Part shown: positions 30,001 through 37,887 of the stretch, piece after piece
Numbering within the stretch: the first letter of the stretch is position 1
Layout: every line of letters starts with the position of its first letter
Assembly (NCBI GenBank): GCA_043827405.1
Contig: JBDRPD010000001.1
Coordinates: 489 to 64,488 of the forward strand
DNA: 64,000 bases
Direction: 5' to 3'
Source: Elusimicrobiota bacterium
GTDB lineage: Bacteria; Elusimicrobiota; Elusimicrobia; UBA1565
Made by a program: the position numbers and the translations under genes
The notes under the pieces: model-generated
Seen by the model: the letters and a program-made list of their open reading frames with translations, nothing else
The model's database searches: none
Told to the model about the DNA's origin: nothing

Positions 30001-33000
30001 CCGGCGGCATTGCGCGCGCGCACGCGGAAGGAGTAGCTCGTATTGGGGCTCAAGCCCGTGAACTCATAGCTGACCGCGGTCGTCCATGGGGAAGAGACCA
30101 AATCGACGGTGAAAGCCGCGTCGTCGGCCTTTTCCGCGAGGTATTCAATGGTCCCCGGGTTGCCGTTGGCCTGCCAGTTGGCGGTGATGGCGACATCGGT
30201 CACTCCGCTGGGACTGGCGGAAAGCGGCGGCGCCGGCAAGGTCATGGTTTCCGGCAGGATCGTGGTCAGCGATACCAGCTGGCTCGAATTGCGCGCTTTG
30301 ACGCGGAAGTAGTAGGTAGTGTTCAGCGTCAGGCCGGAGAAGGTATGACTGAGCGCCGAGATCCAGCCCGAGTTCGCTTGTCCGGACGTATGGCCCGCGT
30401 CGTCCGCCTTTTCGGCATAGTACTGGGTGCCGCCGGGATTGTTGTTCGCCGTCCACAAAGCGGTGACGGAATGCGAGGCGACGTACAGCGGCGCCGCCGC
30501 GCCGGGCGGGGCGGCAAGAGACTGCGTTACGGGCAGATCCACGGGAGCCGTTTCGGTGCCGTAGCTGTTGCGCGCGCGGGCGCGGAAGTAATACGTCGTT
30601 CCCGGGGCCAGGCCGTTGAAGGTATGGCCGGTGGCGGTGATCCAGTTCGAGCTGCCGTAGCCGACGGTGTAGCCGGAGTTCCGCGCGTACTCGGCGCGGT
30701 ACTCGGTGCCGCCGGGGTTGCTGTTGTCGAGCCAGCTGGCGGTGATGGAGGAGAACTCCACCGCCGACGGCAGCTGCGCGATGGGGGTGGTGGCCAGGGT
30801 GACCACGGAGCCGAGCGAGGCGTCGGCGGTCGGCAGCCCTCCCCAGTTGAGCGCGCGGGCGCGGAAGTACTGGGTCGTGTTGGGCTCGAGGTCTTCGCCC
30901 TCGCCCCCGCGGCCGAACGTCATGGCCGTCTGCTGGGTGAGGGTGCTGACGTTGGTGGTGGAGAAGGCGTCGGTGGAGCTCTCGACCGCGTAGCGGGTGC
31001 CCGCGGGATTGCTGCTGGTCGACCAGTTCGCGGTCACCGCGTTGTCGGCGGTGCCGCTGAAGGCCGCCGCTCCCGGCGCCGCCGCCAGCGTCGCCGTTTC
31101 GGGCAGGGTGGTGAACCCGCTCTCCACCCCCGCTCCGTTGCGGGCTTTGACGCGGAAGTAGTAGGTCGTGTTGCGAAACAGGGTGTCGAAGTTGAAGTTC
31201 AGGGCGGTGGTCCATTCGCCGCCGGTGGGGCCGGAAAAGCCGGGGTTCGCCGCGCGTTCGCAGTAATACTCCGTGCCCGCAGCGTTGCCGTTGGCCGTCC
31301 AGTTCAAGGTGATCGACGACAGGCTGATGTCGGAAGCGGCGGCCGAGGCCGGCGCCGCGGGGACGGTGACGGCGTTGGGTAGGGAGGTCGTCGAGGTCTC
31401 GATGCCGGTGAAGCCGCGCGCCTTGACCCGGAAGTAGTAGGTCGTTCCCGACGAGAGACCGCTGAATACGTGGCTGGTCGACGTCGTCCAGCCCGAGTTC
31501 TCTAGCCCCGCGATGAAGTCGGGGGCGTTGGCTTTTTCGGCGTAGTACTGCGTCCCGCCGGGGTTGTCGACGGCGTCCCAGTTGGCGGTCACCGAGCCGA
31601 TGAATACATTGGTGGGCGCGGCGGCGGCGGGGGGGCGGGGGTAGGTTAGAACGGCGGGCAGGCTGACCGTGGAGGTCAGCACGCCGACGCCGTTTTTGGC
31701 CCCGGCGCGGAGGTAGTAGGTGGTGTTGGGCGCGAGGCCGGTGAAGGCGTAGCTTTCCGCCGTGGTCCACCCGGAGTTGGCCAGGCCGCTGTTGAACAGG
31801 TTGTTGAGCGCGCGCTCGGCGCGGTACTGCGTCCCGGCGGGGTTGCCGTTGGCGGTCCAGGCGGCGGTGACGCTGGAGATGCCGAGGTCCAGGGCGGCGG
31901 CCGATGCGGGTACCTCGGCGCCGCTCATCGAGGACCAGACGAAGGTGGAGGACTGGACGAGGTCGGTGCGGCGCGCACGGCCGCGGAAGTAGTAGGTGGT
32001 GTTGACCGCCAGGCCGGTCACTCCCATGCTGAGCGCGGTGGTCCAGCCGCTGTCGGCCAGCCCGGCGGTGAAGTCGACGTCGTTCGCTTTCTCGACGAAA
32101 AACTCGGTGCCGCCGGGGTTGTCGTTCTCTCCCCAGTTGGCCGTCATGCTGGAGGTGGTCACCCCGGTGGACGCCGCCGGGGCGGGATAGTCGGCGAGGG
32201 TGCGTATCGAGATGGCGGTGGAGGTCGCCGAGTCGACGGCGTTGCTGACGACGATGAAAGCGGAGTAGGAGGTATTGGGCAGGAGGTCGATCTCGCCCCA
32301 GTCCATGGTGTCGCCGGCCAAGTCGCCGGAGAGCATCTCCTCGTCGCCGGCGCGCAGCACCAGCACCCCCGAATTGTTAGTCGCGCCGGGCGACCAGGCC
32401 CAGACAACTTCCCGGGCCGTGGCCGTTGTCAGGCCGGCGTCCATCGCCGGGACGCCGTTGAGCGGCGGGGTGCCGAGGATCTTGCCGTAGCCCCATTCGT
32501 CGTTCGGGGTGCCCTGCGTGAAGCCGTCCTCGCGGCCGGCCTGCAGCTCGCTCATGATCTGCGCCGGGGTCAAGTTCGGATTGGCGGCCAGCTTGAGCGC
32601 GATGACGCTGGTGACCACCGCCGCCGCCATGCTCGTGCCCTCGGCGTAGCGGTGGAGGTTGTCCTGGGCGATGTACGTGTCGTCGGGCGGCTCGTCCATG
32701 TCGGCCGACATTGCCGACCCGACGCGCTCGCCCGGCGCCATGATGTCGGGCTTGTAGCGGCCGTCGCGGGTCGGCCCTTGGCCGCTGAAGCCGGAGAAGT
32801 CGCCGAAGTTGCAGTTGATGTCGGTCGCCGGGTTGTCGTTGAGGTCGAACCAGGAGAACTTGGAGCAGTAGGAGCCCGCCTGGATGACGTTGGCCGCCAG
32901 GCCCGGGCTGGCGACGGTGCCGAGGGTGCCCGCCGAGAAGGTGGCGAAGCCGGTCTCGCCGGTGGTGTAGCCGTTGACCGTGCCGCCCGGCGCGGTGGTG

Positions 33001-34322
33001 GTCAGCACGACCTCGTAGAAGGCGGCGGTGATGGGGTCGGCGGTGATCAGGACGCTGATGCGTTTGTCGCCCGCCGGATGGCCCGGATAGGCGCCGTTGG
33101 TGATTTGGATGAGATGGCCGTCGAGGGTGTCGGAGTTGTTGCTGCCGTCGGTCGCGCTGACGCTGCCGGCGACGCCGTCGAGGATGACCTCGACGGTATA
33201 GGCCTGGCTGCTGTCGAACCAGAACTCAGACCATGCGGCCGTCGCTTCGCTGATGAGGTCGATCTGCACCGTCTCCGACGAGCTGTCGGTCATGTCGAGC
33301 TCGGCGTGCATGTCGTTTTCGGCGGAGTTGCCGGCGGCGAAGACGATGGGGGTGCTGATGCCCAGAGCTGAGAAGGACTGCTCCAGCGCCGTCGTGCCGT
33401 CATGCGGGCCATAGTCGGTCGTCCAGCTGATATTGATCACCAGCGGCATGCCGAGGGCGCCGGCTTTGGCGATGAGATAGTTGGCCGCGTCGAGGAGGCC
33501 GGTCTCGGTGCCGTCATGCTTGACCACCATGATGGCGGCGCTCGAGGCGAGGCTGGTGAAGGTGCCGGGGGGCTGCAGATCGTTGCCCGCGTTGCCGTTG
33601 CCGGCGGCGATGCCGGCGATATGGGTGCCGTGCCCGTCGGTGTCGGAGGAGCGCACGACCCCCGCCGGGATGCCGTCGAGCTCGTCGTTGATGTTCGCTT
33701 CGGTCCACTCCGAGCCGTAAGCGAAGCCGCTGGGGTTCGGGCCGCCGGCATCGCTCTGGTCCCAGATATTGCGGATGCGGGTGTAGGTCGTGACGTCGAC
33801 GAAGGTGAAGTCGCTGTGGCGCCAGTCGATTCCCGTGTCGATGATGCCGACGATCACCCCCGCGCCGTCGATGCCGTTGAGGTCGGAGTTGGCGGCGAGG
33901 ACGCCGAGGTAGCCGCCGGCGTACATGTTCGCCGAGGCCACGACGTCGAGCGCCGGTCGCACCCGGTGGGAAATTTCGATCGACCGGATCAGCGGGCTCT
34001 GCGCGAGCTCGTCGAGCAGCGCCAGCGGGATGCGCGCCGTCACCACGCGGCCGGTCAGGCTGCCGATGCGGGCCTGCGGGAACCGTGCGCGCAGCGCTCC
34101 CATATCCGCATCCTGCTCCAGCCGGATGAAAACGTCCGCCATGGGCGTGGGCTGTTCGGGATGAAGGGCGAAGCGGCTCTTGAGCCGCTGCAGTTCCTCG
34201 CGGGACGCGTCGCGCATTTGGCGCAGGTGGAAGTCGGCTTTATCGGGCGCCTGGGCGGAAACAAGGGGCGCGCCGACCAGGCCGGCCGTCAGCACGATGC
34301 AGAGCGCACGAACAAATTGCAC
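24021..34322 (-). CDS. Giant secreted S8 subtilase with about 25 FN3 repeats and T9SS/FlgD-like CTD (3433 aa)
   Basis: Catalytic triad IIDTGID / GHGTHIAG / GTSMAA; about 25 repeats ending in L..NT.YYFRV.A; C-terminal VFPVPF...ITIYTLSGRRV...WDVRGDSGRDAASGGY...RKLLIIR; GTG start. Confidence 0.92.
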   Translation of the reverse strand: MQFVRALCIVLTAGLVGAPLVSAQAPDKADFHLRQMRDASREELQRLKSRFALHPEQPTPMADVFIRLEQDADMGALRARFPQARIGSLTGRVVTARIPLALLDELAQSPLIRSIEISHRVRPALDVVASANMYAGGYLGVLAANSDLNGIDGAGVIVGIIDTGIDWRHSDFTFVDVTTYTRIRNIWDQSDAGGPNPSGFAYGSEWTEANINDELDGIPAGVVRSSDTDGHGTHIAGIAAGNGNAGNDLQPPGTFTSLASSAAIMVVKHDGTETGLLDAANYLIAKAGALGMPLVINISWTTDYGPHDGTTALEQSFSALGISTPIVFAAGNSAENDMHAELDMTDSSSETVQIDLISEATAAWSEFWFDSSQAYTVEVILDGVAGSVSATDGSNNSDTLDGHLIQITNGAYPGHPAGDKRISVLITADPITAAFYEVVLTTTAPGGTVNGYTTGETGFATFSAGTLGTVASPGLAANVIQAGSYCSKFSWFDLNDNPATDINCNFGDFSGFSGQGPTRDGRYKPDIMAPGERVGSAMSADMDEPPDDTYIAQDNLHRYAEGTSMAAAVVTSVIALKLAANPNLTPAQIMSELQAGREDGFTQGTPNDEWGYGKILGTPPLNGVPAMDAGLTTATAREVVWAWSPGATNNSGVLVLRAGDEEMLSGDLAGDTMDWGEIDLLPNTSYSAFIVVSNAVDSATSTAISIRTLADYPAPAASTGVTTSSMTANWGENDNPGGTEFFVEKANDVDFTAGLADSGWTTALSMGVTGLAVNTTYYFRGRARRTDLVQSSTFVWSSMSGAEVPASAAALDLGISSVTAAWTANGNPAGTQYRAERALNNLFNSGLANSGWTTAESYAFTGLAPNTTYYLRAGAKNGVGVLTSTVSLPAVLTYPRPPAAAAPTNVFIGSVTANWDAVDNPGGTQYYAEKANAPDFIAGLENSGWTTSTSHVFSGLSSGTTYYFRVKARGFTGIETSTTSLPNAVTVPAAPASAAASDISLSSITLNWTANGNAAGTEYYCERAANPGFSGPTGGEWTTALNFNFDTLFRNTTYYFRVKARNGAGVESGFTTLPETATLAAAPGAAAFSGTADNAVTANWSTSSNPAGTRYAVESSTDAFSTTNVSTLTQQTAMTFGRGGEGEDLEPNTTQYFRARALNWGGLPTADASLGSVVTLATTPIAQLPSAVEFSSITASWLDNSNPGGTEYRAEYARNSGYTVGYGSSNWITATGHTFNGLAPGTTYYFRARARNSYGTETAPVDLPVTQSLAAPPGAAAPLYVASHSVTALWTANNNPGGTQYYAEKADDAGHTSGQANSGWISALSHTFSGLTLNTTYYFRVKARNSSQLVSLTTILPETMTLPAPPLSASPSGVTDVAITANWQANGNPGTIEYLAEKADDAAFTVDLVSSPWTTAVSYEFTGLSPNTSYSFRVRARNAAGAETAVTALPAQATTIAQPGSAEPTGVSSVAVTANWTANSNPAGIEYYAERAADSGYGDAVGSGWTTALSYEFAGLAVNTTYYLRVKARSAAQVETSALDLPTTATLALAPQAAAFSGHTDSALTANWSAAGNPAGTQYLAEIAEDADFTSNLNAGAWTTDTSEAFTDLTVNTPYYFRVRARSHQGVETSSVPLNADYTLAASPEAAALSGVGESSVTANWLMNGNPDMTEFLAERANDAAFTLGRTSSGWIYTTSHAFTGLVSNATYYFRVAARNGAATESAATVLSSTLTHAARPVSAPPLSITENNVTAAWSANGNAANTEYYAERDTDPGFSSPANSGWITATSHAFGGLAVNTTYYFRVKARSAKLEETTLASLPDAVTLTKAPAAAPPAAAADALTVNWTANGNPAGTRYAAEISSDGFAGVFASSATSGSTALFGAGGEGSALTPGTSYQYRIQAVNHGGIASAYTAAVTTYTLANTPGAAAASDVQAASVTVQWTANGNPSAVEYQAQRADDQGFAQVQADSGWAAALAHAFTGLAPNATHYFRVRARNGAGRTTAAAALPSEITLAALPEPQPHSGFSPTALRAHWGANGNPAGTEYSAEIAADAGFTSGVAASGWLTGFDFRFTGLTNSTTYYFRVKARNRENAETGYAALPNAATLSTDPPPDSPAVGAVYPSSITITWLSVFANNGYLLESSSAADFGGTVESSSTANDLVESLTVFNLQTNTTHYLRVAAGHSSLLVYAATITVATLPNPVGGGQFAGLHITSVTLNWVPLPTAPPTDTCEGYVLEAGTDTAFGGILISSITANVELSTLTAAGLSPDTSYYFRVGALSHGGRAHYIVVGATDATFAAAPGAGYFSDIAADAVRAHWDAGGNPAGTSYQVQLSTDGFATVNLTSATRETSVLFGAGGAGEDLQTNATHYVRARAVNRNGAATPYTDLGRSFTLARPPDNGTLAAVDVTSISVTWTANGNPDGTLYDAALSTDDFTTANVSSMTRNLSVLFGSGGSGGDLIPNTTYFVRIRAVDHGGTYSAPASPPGTPTKAARPLPLDPTGITFSTITARWDADGSPAGTLYNIELSTDEFTTLHTSSRTPYTSVEFGGLTANTTYSFRVQALGHNGSGSLYTVLPTTATLLLPPGVDTTIFSGVVTNALSGRWTSGGNGPSTSYEAQLSTDGFTSINASSMTRNTSAAFGAGGEGPALQANTTHYLRVRAVGLNSISVYVDFGSTSTAANAPTATAAQYVTGVSAYIDWSPNGNAEPGTSYEVWRDENITFPAPVKTVVTTSAHLAEGLASTTSYFFKVRTLGNGGVVTAFDTAVTTTTLPPPPAAPGQPAGSVLGISSISWTWSAAARADGYRLRLSTDHATVIGTTAAAALTQAYLVPNTRYQVYAEGWGAGGTGSASASGSATTLAAPPTGTAADTVEGSSAVLSWGLNGNPAGTQAQLYRSTDNAAFGLLASVAAAGYTDYGLLGCTTYYFRVRNINGDGITTAYDTTLQFMTANSTPAAPGALTAESLTGRRIALGWTPSPSSQIAAYRLYYDAGDGSVDYGAPLAVLASTATSFTTNVLASSAAYVFGLRALNVCGMEETNTHVTAAAGAADTLPAVRAAVSSPLSGQRVKGNRLTVAAELRLGVPLQTREVLFQYKVSTESVWRNIPAADAEHPNPDRIFPYFVQWNIDAMSATAYDLRAVATDIALTADPTPPSITISKTASAEFDVSESFNGSDTVVEQVINNGTQNTIQAADKSSEKLVRIVIPAGALSASTVTASVTNNPTSLPATGTDLVSAGVSVEITLSNQQTDLAGGQMAAITLTYPDDNDDGRVDVLNISASSLRMYSYDVVTGKWTDDIVSTVDLASHTVTGLTPHFSFFALFAAPAHARADEVNVFPVPFVPGNDDPNDGVAFSAGNANSGIIFSELPESTEITIYTLSGRRVAAFNSGNSGRAQWDVRGDSGRDAASGGYFAVIKSPGQERVVRKLLIIR

Positions 34323-34477
34323 GCAGTTGTCCCCTCGCCTGCGGAGCGGCGTTAGGTCCCGCGGGCGTGTCTATGTGTATATATACGTTAACTACTGCCT
34401 AAAAAGCATATAGCCCCGCCCAAGTTGTAAATCAAGATCATTTTTGTTACATAACTCCATCTCCGGCCGGCGAAAAC

Positions 34478-34506
34478 TTGTCGCGCCTTTCAGCGTAATG
34501 TAGAAT
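34478..34506 (+). promoter_or_regulatory. Sigma70-type promoter upstream of ndk
   Basis: TTGTCG-N17-TAGAAT; GGAG RBS before ATG 34558. Confidence 0.65.
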
Positions 34507-34557
34507 GAACAGGACGCCTGCCTGGCGCATCATTCAACTCAACGGAGCAGCATTGTT

Positions 34558-35016
34558 ATGGCGATAGAACGCACTTTAGTCCTCATCAAGCCGGATGGAG
34601 CGAAGCGGAAGCTGACGGGCCTGGTGATCGACCGCCTGGACGCGGCCGGGCTGACCATGGTCGGCGCGAAGGTGACGACCGTCACCGAGGAGCTCGCGCG
34701 CGAGCACTACAAAGAGCTGAAGGATAAGCCCTTTTTCGAGGACCTCATCAAGTATATTCGCGGCAAGTATCACGATATCCCCAACAGCCGCATCCTGGCC
34801 TTGGTCTACGAGGGCGAGGACGCCGTCAAGCTCACCCGCAAGGTGGCGGGGGCGACGCATCCTGAGGACGCCGAGCCGCATACCCTCCGCGGCTCGTTCG
34901 GCCGCGTCTCGCGCGCCGACCAGATCGAGAACGTGCTGCACGCCTCGGGGACCCTGCCCGAAGCGCAGCGCGAGATCGACCTGTGGTTCGCCAAGGAAGA
35001 GGTGCCGGCGGCCTGA
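34558..35016 (+). CDS. ndk: Nucleoside-diphosphate kinase
   Basis: ERTLVLIKPDG, KPFF, GATHP..A.P.TLRG, ENVLHAS (catalytic His). Confidence 0.96.
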   Translation: MAIERTLVLIKPDGAKRKLTGLVIDRLDAAGLTMVGAKVTTVTEELAREHYKELKDKPFFEDLIKYIRGKYHDIPNSRILALVYEGEDAVKLTRKVAGATHPEDAEPHTLRGSFGRVSRADQIENVLHASGTLPEAQREIDLWFAKEEVPAA

Positions 35017-35966
35017 TGCGGCTTCTGCTGCTGGCCTGCGCGCTCCTGATCCCGTCCGTCGCCGCCGCTCAGGCGCCGGCCGGAGCCGGCGAAAAGCCGT
35101 TGGCGCCGGCGGTGAAGAAGAAGCCGGTGCGCAAGCAGCGGGAGCTTCCCGGCGATGTGGTCGAGATTAAGACCAAGGACGGGTGGACGCTCGCCGGGAG
35201 CTACCAGCCGGCGCGCGAGGATCAGCTGACCTTCATCCTGCTGCATGACGCGCACGGCCGCCGGCAGAACTGGTATTGGCTCACGCGCAGGATGGAGCGC
35301 AAGGGCCTCGGCTTTCTCGCCATCGATATGCGCGGCCATGGGCAGAGCCAGAACCCGCCCGAGGGCAAGGAGGCCAGCTGGCGCAAGTTCAAGCGGGCCA
35401 AGCGGGACAACGACTGGGAGAATATCCGCGAGGACGTGGAGGCGGCGGTCGCTTTTCTCGAGGAGCATGGCGTGCCTTCGGAGACGATCGCGCTGGGCGG
35501 CGCCGATGTCGGCGGCAGCATCGCGCTCAAGTACGCGGCGCTGCATGAGGAGATTGAGATGGTGTTTCTCCTGTCGCCCGGCTTCAGCTATCAAGAGGTG
35601 CTGACGGTCAACGCGATGCGCGCCTACCGCCGCCGTCCGATCCTGCTGGTGGTCGCCGACGACGACCGCCGGTCCTCCACCGAAACGCCGATTCTGTTTC
35701 AGTTCGCCAGGAATGCGGCGGGTCCGGAAAACGCCACTTTGCTGCGGACCGAGAAGGGGCACGGCACGCGCATGCTCTACTACAATAAGGGCGTTACCGA
35801 TAAAATCGTCGGCTGGATCGAGGACCCGGTGGTGCCGCCGGAGATCGACATCTCTTCCGGGACGACGATGAGCCCGTACGGCGAGAGCGGCGCGGACGAC
35901 GGTTCGCTGCCGACCGACGGAGAGCTCGAGCGCCTCGACGAGCAGGTCCCGCCAGCGGACGATTGA
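35016..35966 (+). CDS. Secreted alpha/beta-hydrolase-fold protein
   Basis: Signal peptide from ATG 35016, AIDMRGHGQS, elbow GADVGG, LSPG, GHGT. Confidence 0.85.
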   Translation: MRLLLLACALLIPSVAAAQAPAGAGEKPLAPAVKKKPVRKQRELPGDVVEIKTKDGWTLAGSYQPAREDQLTFILLHDAHGRRQNWYWLTRRMERKGLGFLAIDMRGHGQSQNPPEGKEASWRKFKRAKRDNDWENIREDVEAAVAFLEEHGVPSETIALGGADVGGSIALKYAALHEEIEMVFLLSPGFSYQEVLTVNAMRAYRRRPILLVVADDDRRSSTETPILFQFARNAAGPENATLLRTEKGHGTRMLYYNKGVTDKIVGWIEDPVVPPEIDISSGTTMSPYGESGADDGSLPTDGELERLDEQVPPADD

Positions 35967-36883
35967 TGATCGAGGGGCGCTACCGCCGGCTTCCCACCGA
36001 GCAGCCGAACCCCGCTTCCCGGAATATCGACGCGCGCCGGACGCTGGATATCGTGCGCATTATGCAGCGGGAAGATGCGCGCGTGCCGCGCGCGACGGCG
36101 CGCGCGGCGGCGAACATCGCCCGCGCCGTCGAGCTCATCGCGCGGTCGCTGCGGGACGGCGGGCGGCTGATATTCGTCGGCGCGGGAACGAGCGGCCGGC
36201 TCGGCGTGATCGAGGCGGCCGAGTGTCCCCCGACGTTCGGCACCCCCCCGGGGCTGGTCCGCGCGATCATGGCCGGCGGACGCGGAGCCGTTTTTCGCTC
36301 CAAGGAAGGGGCGGAGGATGATGCTCAGGACGGCGGGCGGCGGGCGCGCGCCGTCATCCGGCGCGGCGACGTCGTCGTCGGCATCGCCGCCAGCGGGATC
36401 ACGCCGTTCGTGCGCGGCGCGCTGGCCGCGGCGCGGCGCGCGGGCTGCCGAACCGTCCTCGTGACTTCGAATACGCGCCGTCAGGCGCAGCCGGCGGATG
36501 TGCGCATCGCCGTCGGGGTCGGGCCGGAGGTGCTGACGGGTTCGACGCGGCTGAAAGCGGCCACGGCCGCCAAGCTGGTGCTCAATACGCTCACCACCGC
36601 GGCGATGATCCGGCTCGGCAAGGTCTACGACCACTGGATGGTGGACCTGAAGCCGTCGTCGCGCAAGCTGCGGCAGCGGGCGCTGCGCATCCTCTGCGAT
36701 TTGGGGCGCGTCGATGCGGCGCGGGCGAGGCGGCTGCTGCGCGACGCCGGCGGCAGCGTGAAAACCGCGGTGCTGATGTCCCGCCGCGGGCTGAGCGCGG
36801 CCGCGGCGAACCGGCGGCTGCGCGGCTGCGCGGGCTCGCTGCGCGCGGCCTTGGAGAATAAAAAACGGAAGGTGCGGCGATGA
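35966..36883 (+). CDS. murQ: N-acetylmuramic acid 6-phosphate etherase
   Basis: GAGTSGRLG, ECPPTFG, EGAED, GIAASG.TPFV, GPEVLTGSTRLKA.TA.KLVLN. Confidence 0.96.
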   Translation: MIEGRYRRLPTEQPNPASRNIDARRTLDIVRIMQREDARVPRATARAAANIARAVELIARSLRDGGRLIFVGAGTSGRLGVIEAAECPPTFGTPPGLVRAIMAGGRGAVFRSKEGAEDDAQDGGRRARAVIRRGDVVVGIAASGITPFVRGALAAARRAGCRTVLVTSNTRRQAQPADVRIAVGVGPEVLTGSTRLKAATAAKLVLNTLTTAAMIRLGKVYDHWMVDLKPSSRKLRQRALRILCDLGRVDAARARRLLRDAGGSVKTAVLMSRRGLSAAAANRRLRGCAGSLRAALENKKRKVRR

Positions 36884-37887
36884 ACGGCAGAATTGTATGG
36901 GAGACGGTCGGCAGCGTCGTGCTCAAGGGCAATCCGCTGGGTGATCCGCGGCTGCGCGAGCTGCCGGTCTACCTGCCGCCGTCGTATAAGAACGAGCCGG
37001 AGCGGCGCTATCCGGTCATCTATTTCCTTACCGGCTTCACCGGCACGGCGCGCGGGCTGATCGAGACGCATCCGTGGAAGGAGAGCGTGGCGGAGCGCCT
37101 CGACCGGCTTATCGCCGCCCGCAAAATGCCGGAGTGCCTCCTCGTCGCGCCCGACTGCTTCACCCGCTACGGCGGCTCTCAGTACCTGAACTCGGCGGGG
37201 ACCGGCGCGTACGCGGATCACATCGTTTCCGAGCTGGTGCCTTATATGGACGCGCGCTACCGCACCAAAGCGGACGCGGAGGCGCGCGCGGTTATGGGGA
37301 AATCCAGCGGCGGCTACGGAGCGCTGATGTTCGGCCTGCGGTATCCGGAAGTGTTCCGGCATGCCGTCAGCCACAGCGGCGACCTGTTCTTCGAAATCTG
37401 CTACGGACGCGACTTCCCCAAGTGCGTTAACGCGCTCGCCGCCTACAACGGCGGCTTCCAGCGCTTCGTCAAGGAATTCTCGCTGGCCCGGGAGAAGAGC
37501 GGCTTCCCGCAAGAGCTGGTCAATCTCGCCGGGATGGGCTCCTGCTATTCGCCCAACCGCCGCAGCCCGATCGGTTTTGATATCCCGTTCGACGAGCGTA
37601 CCGGCGAGCTGATCCCCGCCGTATGGAAGCGCTGGCAGGCCTGCGATCCCGTCCGTCTCGCCGCGCGCTGCGTCCGCGCCCTGAACAAGCTTACGACCCT
37701 GTACTTCGACTGCGGCGTCAAAGACGAGTTTTTCCTGCACCTGGGGGCGCGCAAGTTCTCCCAGGTGCTCAAGAAGCTCGGGGTGCGCCATGTCTACGAG
37801 GAGCATGCGCGCGGGCACTTCGACATGAACGAACGCTACGACCGGTCGCTGGTGCGGCTCGGGCGCGAACTGCGGAAAACCGGATGA
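36880..37887 (+). CDS. Esterase, Fes/CE1-like alpha/beta hydrolase
   Basis: VYLPPSY...RYPVIYFL.G, GKSSGG nucleophile elbow, DCG..DE, GH; coupled to both murQ and anmK. Confidence 0.85.
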   Translation: MNGRIVWETVGSVVLKGNPLGDPRLRELPVYLPPSYKNEPERRYPVIYFLTGFTGTARGLIETHPWKESVAERLDRLIAARKMPECLLVAPDCFTRYGGSQYLNSAGTGAYADHIVSELVPYMDARYRTKADAEARAVMGKSSGGYGALMFGLRYPEVFRHAVSHSGDLFFEICYGRDFPKCVNALAAYNGGFQRFVKEFSLAREKSGFPQELVNLAGMGSCYSPNRRSPIGFDIPFDERTGELIPAVWKRWQACDPVRLAARCVRALNKLTTLYFDCGVKDEFFLHLGARKFSQVLKKLGVRHVYEEHARGHFDMNERYDRSLVRLGRELRKTG

